Shown piece after piece: positions 59,891 to 64,000 of a DNA stretch of 64,000 nucleotides. A program made the translations under genes and the position numbers. This DNA is from Polyangiaceae bacterium (GTDB taxonomy: Bacteria > Myxococcota_A > Polyangia > Polyangiales > Polyangiaceae): positions 1 through 64,000 of the forward strand of contig JBILLK010000036.1 in the NCBI GenBank assembly GCA_044376115.1. Direction: 5' to 3'. The first letter of the stretch is position 1. Every line of letters starts with the position of its first letter. The notes beneath the pieces were generated by a model. It saw nothing but the letters and a program-made list of their open reading frames with translations. It was not told the origin of the DNA and did not search any database.

Positions 59891-60733
59891 TCAAAAGTCT
59901 CCCACGACAACGAGGCCTACCGTCTCGCGCGTTGCGATCGGCGCCAGCGAGAGCTGCGCCGCCGACGAAGAGGCGACGAACGGGCTGGTAAAGAAGAGCA
60001 CCGGCGCCACAGCCAAGGCCGCCAAGCCAACGCCGAGGGAAACATCTGCGGCCAGAAAGAGAGTGCGCGCCTCATCCACGTCTTCGGTGGCACAGCGCGG
60101 AGCACACCCGAGATCATCGAGCGCGCCCTTCTTACTAAGCCCCGCGATCCCGAGCCCCCCGAACAGTGAGAGCCCAACGATCCCGGCGCCACCGACGATC
60201 CAGAAGGCCGGCGAAATCTCGCGTTCCGGCGGCTCCGATTGGACTGCAACCTTGGTCGTAAAGACCACCTCGACGCGCCGCAGTTTGTCGCCCTCGCGCA
60301 CGATCAACGTCTGCTCGATCGGCTCTGAGCCTGTTCGCTCGAGGCGCAGCTTGTGTTCGCCCGGATCGATCTCGATCGCCTTCCCATCCAGCCGATCGAG
60401 CAACACCGTACCGGCCTCGAGCACGCGCGCGTCGGCGATGTCGAGCCCCGCCTCGTCGCGAGCAACGAACACCAAGCTCGGTTGCGCTTTGTCCGCCTCG
60501 CTCAAGAGCGCTGTGCACTCTTGCACCAAAACGGCTGGACAACTCGGGTCCGCGCAGCGCACCAGCGCTTTGCGCGCCGCTTGCAGCTTGCTGCTCTTGC
60601 GCAGCCGCTGCGCCTCGACGTGAGCGGCGATGCATTGTTGCGTCGGCTCTTCAGGCGTTTGCGCGCGAGCCTCCCCAGGTAGGAGCAGGCCAAGCAGTAG
60701 GAAGGAGAGTGCGCGGGTATTCAACGAAGGCAC
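59891..60733 (-). CDS. Exported TPR-like/PEGA-like protein with hydrophobic C-terminal segments ending in Phe
   Basis: Signal peptide ARA; C..AH..AQRLR...KL..AR..L..CA...CP; IEIDPGEHKL; C-terminus GLVVVGDF. Confidence 0.7.
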   Translation of the reverse strand: MPSLNTRALSFLLLGLLLPGEARAQTPEEPTQQCIAAHVEAQRLRKSSKLQAARKALVRCADPSCPAVLVQECTALLSEADKAQPSLVFVARDEAGLDIADARVLEAGTVLLDRLDGKAIEIDPGEHKLRLERTGSEPIEQTLIVREGDKLRRVEVVFTTKVAVQSEPPEREISPAFWIVGGAGIVGLSLFGGLGIAGLSKKGALDDLGCAPRCATEDVDEARTLFLAADVSLGVGLAALAVAPVLFFTSPFVASSSAAQLSLAPIATRETVGLVVVGDF

Positions 60734-62286
60734 TCAGGCTTGTACTCGCGAAGTCCGTCGGCGGTGATTCGAAAAGGAGGGCTGCAGTTGGGATTGACCG
60801 GCTTATTGCCGGTGAGCGCGGGTTTTGCCGAGGTACTGCGCGGTCCTGTGAGGGATTCATGGGCCAACGCCGAACGCGCGGCCGAGGCGCTGCTAGCTGC
60901 GCTCGGGCTGGGCTGGCTTGTCGGTGGAGGAGCGGTGGGCTCACGCGCTGCGGGTACGCTTGCCGACGCGGTGACACTGGCTTGAGGCGCGGCAGGCGAA
61001 GGCGACGGCGCGGAGGGAACGAGCCGCGCCAACAAGAAGCCGATTACGCCGGCTCCGAGCACGCCAGCAAGGATCAAGGCGTTGCGTCGCGGCCGCGTGG
61101 CTGCGCCCTGATCCAAGGCCACGGCGCTCGCTGGCTCGGCCAAGGAGCGTGGCTCTTCGCCCGGCGTCTCGGTTGCGGCAGCAGGGCTCGCGGAGCTCGG
61201 CGGCGCCGCGAGTGTCGCTGACATCACCGCCTCGGACCCCGGCTTGGCGGCGTCCTTCGGCGCATCCACTTTAGCGGCCAGCACCGGCCGGCCAGGCAGC
61301 TCGGTCGCAATCGAAAGATCGAAGGCGGAGGCGCGCTGCGCTTGCAGCCGAAGCGAGGTCGCGGCCTTGGCCTCGACCCAGCGCGCCACATCGCGAGAAG
61401 GAGCTGGCGGCGCGACCTTTTCGAGGGCTTGGGCCATTTCTCGCGCCGACGCGTAGCGCTTGGACACGTCGCGTGAGAGCCCGGTGAGGATCACCTGGTC
61501 GATCTCGGGCGAGATCTCGCGGCGAGCGCTGCTCGGCGCGACCGGCTCTTTGGAGACGGCGCGCAGAATCACGGCGGCCTCAGAGCCGAGCTCATCGAAG
61601 TAGCGCGTTCCGGTCAAGAGCTCCCACAAGACGACGCTGGCCGCGTACAAATCGGCCCTTCGATCCACCTCCTCGGCGCGGATCTGTTCGGGCGCCATGT
61701 ACGCAACTTTGCCTTTGATCTGGCCATCCCGCGTGGCGGTTGAGTTGCCCACCGCCTTGGCCACGCCAAAGTCGATCAGTCGGGCTACGCCGTCCGACCC
61801 GACGAGCACGTTCTGCGGTGAGACATCGCGGTGCACGATCGAAAGCGGAAGGCCGTCCTCTCCATGTGCCTCATGCGCGGCATGCAACCCCTCCAGCATG
61901 CCCACGCCAATGGCGCTGACGATCGACGCAGGCAGCCCCTCTGGCGTGGTTCGAAACAGCTTGGACAGCGACTCGCCGGGGATGAAGTCCATCACCAAAA
62001 AGAGCTCTCCGGCCTCGGCTACGACATCGAGGATGGGCACCACGTTGGGATGGCGAATGCGCGAGGCGAGGCGCGCCTCATCCAAGAACATCGCGACGAA
62101 TTGCGGGTCCTTTGCGTATTGTGGGTGCAGCCGTTTGATCGCGACGACGCGGGTGAAACCGCCTGAGCCGACCAAACGGCCATAGTGCACCGTGGCCATC
62201 CCGCCGGTGGCGATCTCCCCTTGGATGGCGTAGCGCCCAACGCGATCGGGCTCGGCTTCGGAGGTGCGGGACATCGACGAATTCAT
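60721..62286 (-). CDS. Membrane Ser/Thr protein kinase
   Basis: GGMATV, VAIK, HRDVSPQN, DFG and GKVAYMAPE; TM; Pro/Ala/Ser linker; C-terminal CSPPF...G...KPECL. Confidence 0.93.
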   Translation of the reverse strand: MNSSMSRTSEAEPDRVGRYAIQGEIATGGMATVHYGRLVGSGGFTRVVAIKRLHPQYAKDPQFVAMFLDEARLASRIRHPNVVPILDVVAEAGELFLVMDFIPGESLSKLFRTTPEGLPASIVSAIGVGMLEGLHAAHEAHGEDGLPLSIVHRDVSPQNVLVGSDGVARLIDFGVAKAVGNSTATRDGQIKGKVAYMAPEQIRAEEVDRRADLYAASVVLWELLTGTRYFDELGSEAAVILRAVSKEPVAPSSARREISPEIDQVILTGLSRDVSKRYASAREMAQALEKVAPPAPSRDVARWVEAKAATSLRLQAQRASAFDLSIATELPGRPVLAAKVDAPKDAAKPGSEAVMSATLAAPPSSASPAAATETPGEEPRSLAEPASAVALDQGAATRPRRNALILAGVLGAGVIGFLLARLVPSAPSPSPAAPQASVTASASVPAAREPTAPPPTSQPSPSAASSASAARSALAHESLTGPRSTSAKPALTGNKPVNPNCSPPFRITADGLREYKPECLR

Positions 62287-62304
62287 CCTACCGTAGCGCG
62301 CTGG

Positions 62305-63669
62305 CTACTCGTCGGCGCTGCCATCATCCACGGCGCGAAGCTGAAAGCGTTGGACTGCGCGCTGAATGAACTTGCGGTTGACTCCGGCGATGCGAGCCGC
62401 ATGGGTGACGTTCCCGCCCGTCTCGGCGAGCGCTTCCCGTAGATAGGCTTCTTCGAAGGCATCGCAAAGTTGTTCGCGCGCGTCTTTGAGCGGGACGCTG
62501 AGATCAACCTTGCCGTTGACTGCCGCGCTAAGTGAAGGCGTTTGCGCTCGCGGGTCCACCGAGCCGTGAGAAAGCGCGCGCGTGACGGCGTTCTTGAGCT
62601 CGCGCACGTTGCCCGGCCAGGCCTGCCCAATCAGCCCCTTGATCGCCCGCTCACCGAGCGGCGTCACCACACGACCACGCTCGGACAGGGCCCGAGTGAA
62701 GTGCGCTACGAGCAGCGGGATATCGTCGGGGCGCTCGCGCAACGGGGGCAGTCCAACGCGCACCACCGCGAGACGGTAGTACAAGTCTTCACGGAAACGC
62801 TTGTTGGCGACCTCTGCGGCAAGATCGCGATTGGTGGCTGCGACCACGCGTACGTCCACCCGACGTGCGGTGTTGGAGCCCACACGGCGCACCTCCAACC
62901 GCTCGAGGGCGCGCAACAACTTGGGCTGCAGATCCAGCGGCAGTTCTCCAATCTCATCGAGGAACAGCGTCCCGCCGTCAGCGGCCTCGAGCGCTCCTTC
63001 GCGATCGGCCACCGCACCGGAGAAGGCTCCCCGCACGTGACCGAACAGCTCGCTCTCCATCAAACTCGGCGCGACCGCCGAACAGTCGAACACGATGAAC
63101 GGCTCTGCCGCGCGCGCCGACTCCTCATGCAGCGCCTCTGCGACGAGCTCTTTGCCGGTGCCCGTCTCACCCTCGACCAGCACCGTGTCATCCACCGCGG
63201 CGGCGCGCTCGAGCATGGTGAAAACCACGCGCATCGGTACGCTTTGCCCGATCAGCCCGCCGAAGCGCTCGCGTGAGGACAGCGGGATCTCCACCACGCC
63301 CTGCAGCAGCCTTAGGCGCAAGGTGCTGTTCCCCACGATCAGCGTCGAGTCGTAGCGAGCGTAGGCGTCGCGAATGGAGACCCCGTCGAGCACCGAGCCA
63401 TTGCGACTGTTGGCGTCGACCACACGAATCCCGTCTTTCTCGATCTTGAGCGTCAGGTGGTGACGACTCACCGCGCCGTCGAGCAGGATCAGCTCGCAAC
63501 CGCGCGCCGAGCCGATCCGCACCTCGGGACCGGAGAAGTCGAAGGACTGCCCAGCCTGCGGGCCCGCTACCACCGCGACCTGAACTTTACGGGAGCGAAG
63601 CTTCAAACCGGCGGCATCGCGCGAGAGGATCTCGGTGATGGCGTCGCGCGGCGCAGACTCTGAAGACAC
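62305..63669 (-). CDS. FHA-domain sigma54-dependent enhancer-binding protein
   Basis: IGS...[40 protein letters not shown] and an HTH. Confidence 0.95.
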   Translation of the reverse strand: MSSESAPRDAITEILSRDAAGLKLRSRKVQVAVVAGPQAGQSFDFSGPEVRIGSARGCELILLDGAVSRHHLTLKIEKDGIRVVDANSRNGSVLDGVSIRDAYARYDSTLIVGNSTLRLRLLQGVVEIPLSSRERFGGLIGQSVPMRVVFTMLERAAAVDDTVLVEGETGTGKELVAEALHEESARAAEPFIVFDCSAVAPSLMESELFGHVRGAFSGAVADREGALEAADGGTLFLDEIGELPLDLQPKLLRALERLEVRRVGSNTARRVDVRVVAATNRDLAAEVANKRFREDLYYRLAVVRVGLPPLRERPDDIPLLVAHFTRALSERGRVVTPLGERAIKGLIGQAWPGNVRELKNAVTRALSHGSVDPRAQTPSLSAAVNGKVDLSVPLKDAREQLCDAFEEAYLREALAETGGNVTHAARIAGVNRKFIQRAVQRFQLRAVDDGSADE

Positions 63670-63791
63670 GGAGCGGATGATACAGCGAACCCCGAGGCGA
63701 CGCGACGTTCACGGCGCAAACAAGCGCGAGAAAAGCTCTGCTAATGTAGGAGGGCTGTCTCGAGGTCGAGCTGCGTAAGGCGGGCCAAACT

Positions 63792-64000
63792 GTGATGATC
63801 CCCAGCAAGCTGGTCGCGGAAGAAGAGCAACGTCTGGTGGCTGCTTGGGCACCGTATGCGTCCGCGCGTGGCTTGACGCTGCTGCCGAGTGCGAGCCCAT
63901 GGAACGGCGTGCTGAAGCTGCACGGCTTCTTCAGCGGCGTTGAGGTCGCGGTGGAGCTGCGCTTCGTCGGTGAGGCCAGCGTGTTGCAGCGCCTCACCGT
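63792..64000 (+). CDS. 5' part of a hypothetical protein (runs off the window)
   Basis: Frame open from GTG/ATG at 63792/63795 to the window end (MIPSKLVAEEEQRLVAAW...). Confidence 0.4.
   Translation, partial: MMIPSKLVAEEEQRLVAAWAPYASARGLTLLPSASPWNGVLKLHGFFSGVEVAVELRFVGEASVLQRLT

Overview
High-GC DNA with the gene repertoire of a myxobacterium. Polyangiaceae/Sorangium-like origin is inferred from the FHA-sigma54 activators, Ser/Thr kinases, Gly/Cys-rich lipoproteins and a DUF1592/DUF1552 pair. Main elements: (1) an Rhs polymorphic-toxin locus (7347-11345, split by two 1-nt frameshifts) whose C-terminus is a Zn-dependent deaminase (HSE...PCPQC, Pput_2613-like spacing). It is followed by two tandem ~560-aa HEAT-like paralogs, a TPR protein, a Cys-cluster lipoprotein and a fosA homolog. 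(2) A visibly lower-GC T6SS auxiliary island (~42.7-52.4 kb): frameshifted vgrG, DUF6484-like gene, PAAR-like DUF4150-VRR-NUC nuclease effector, DUF3396 immunity, TIGR02270-like, DUF2169 and ketoacyl-synthase-like adaptors. (3) A solitary non-canonical tRNA-Asp(GTC) with a fully pairable 6-bp D-stem and G at position 8 (39817-39888). (4) Two copies of a ~72-bp inverted-repeat element, 53.6 kb apart. (5) A four-gene FHA-EBP / membrane kinase / PEGA-like protein / lipoprotein module that may be an undescribed trans-envelope signalling system, with sigma54-type promoters nearby. (6) Several 'head+tail' gene remnants with large internal deletions. No rRNA, CRISPR array, integrase or transposase was seen. 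All family names come from motif recognition by eye, not from database searches.
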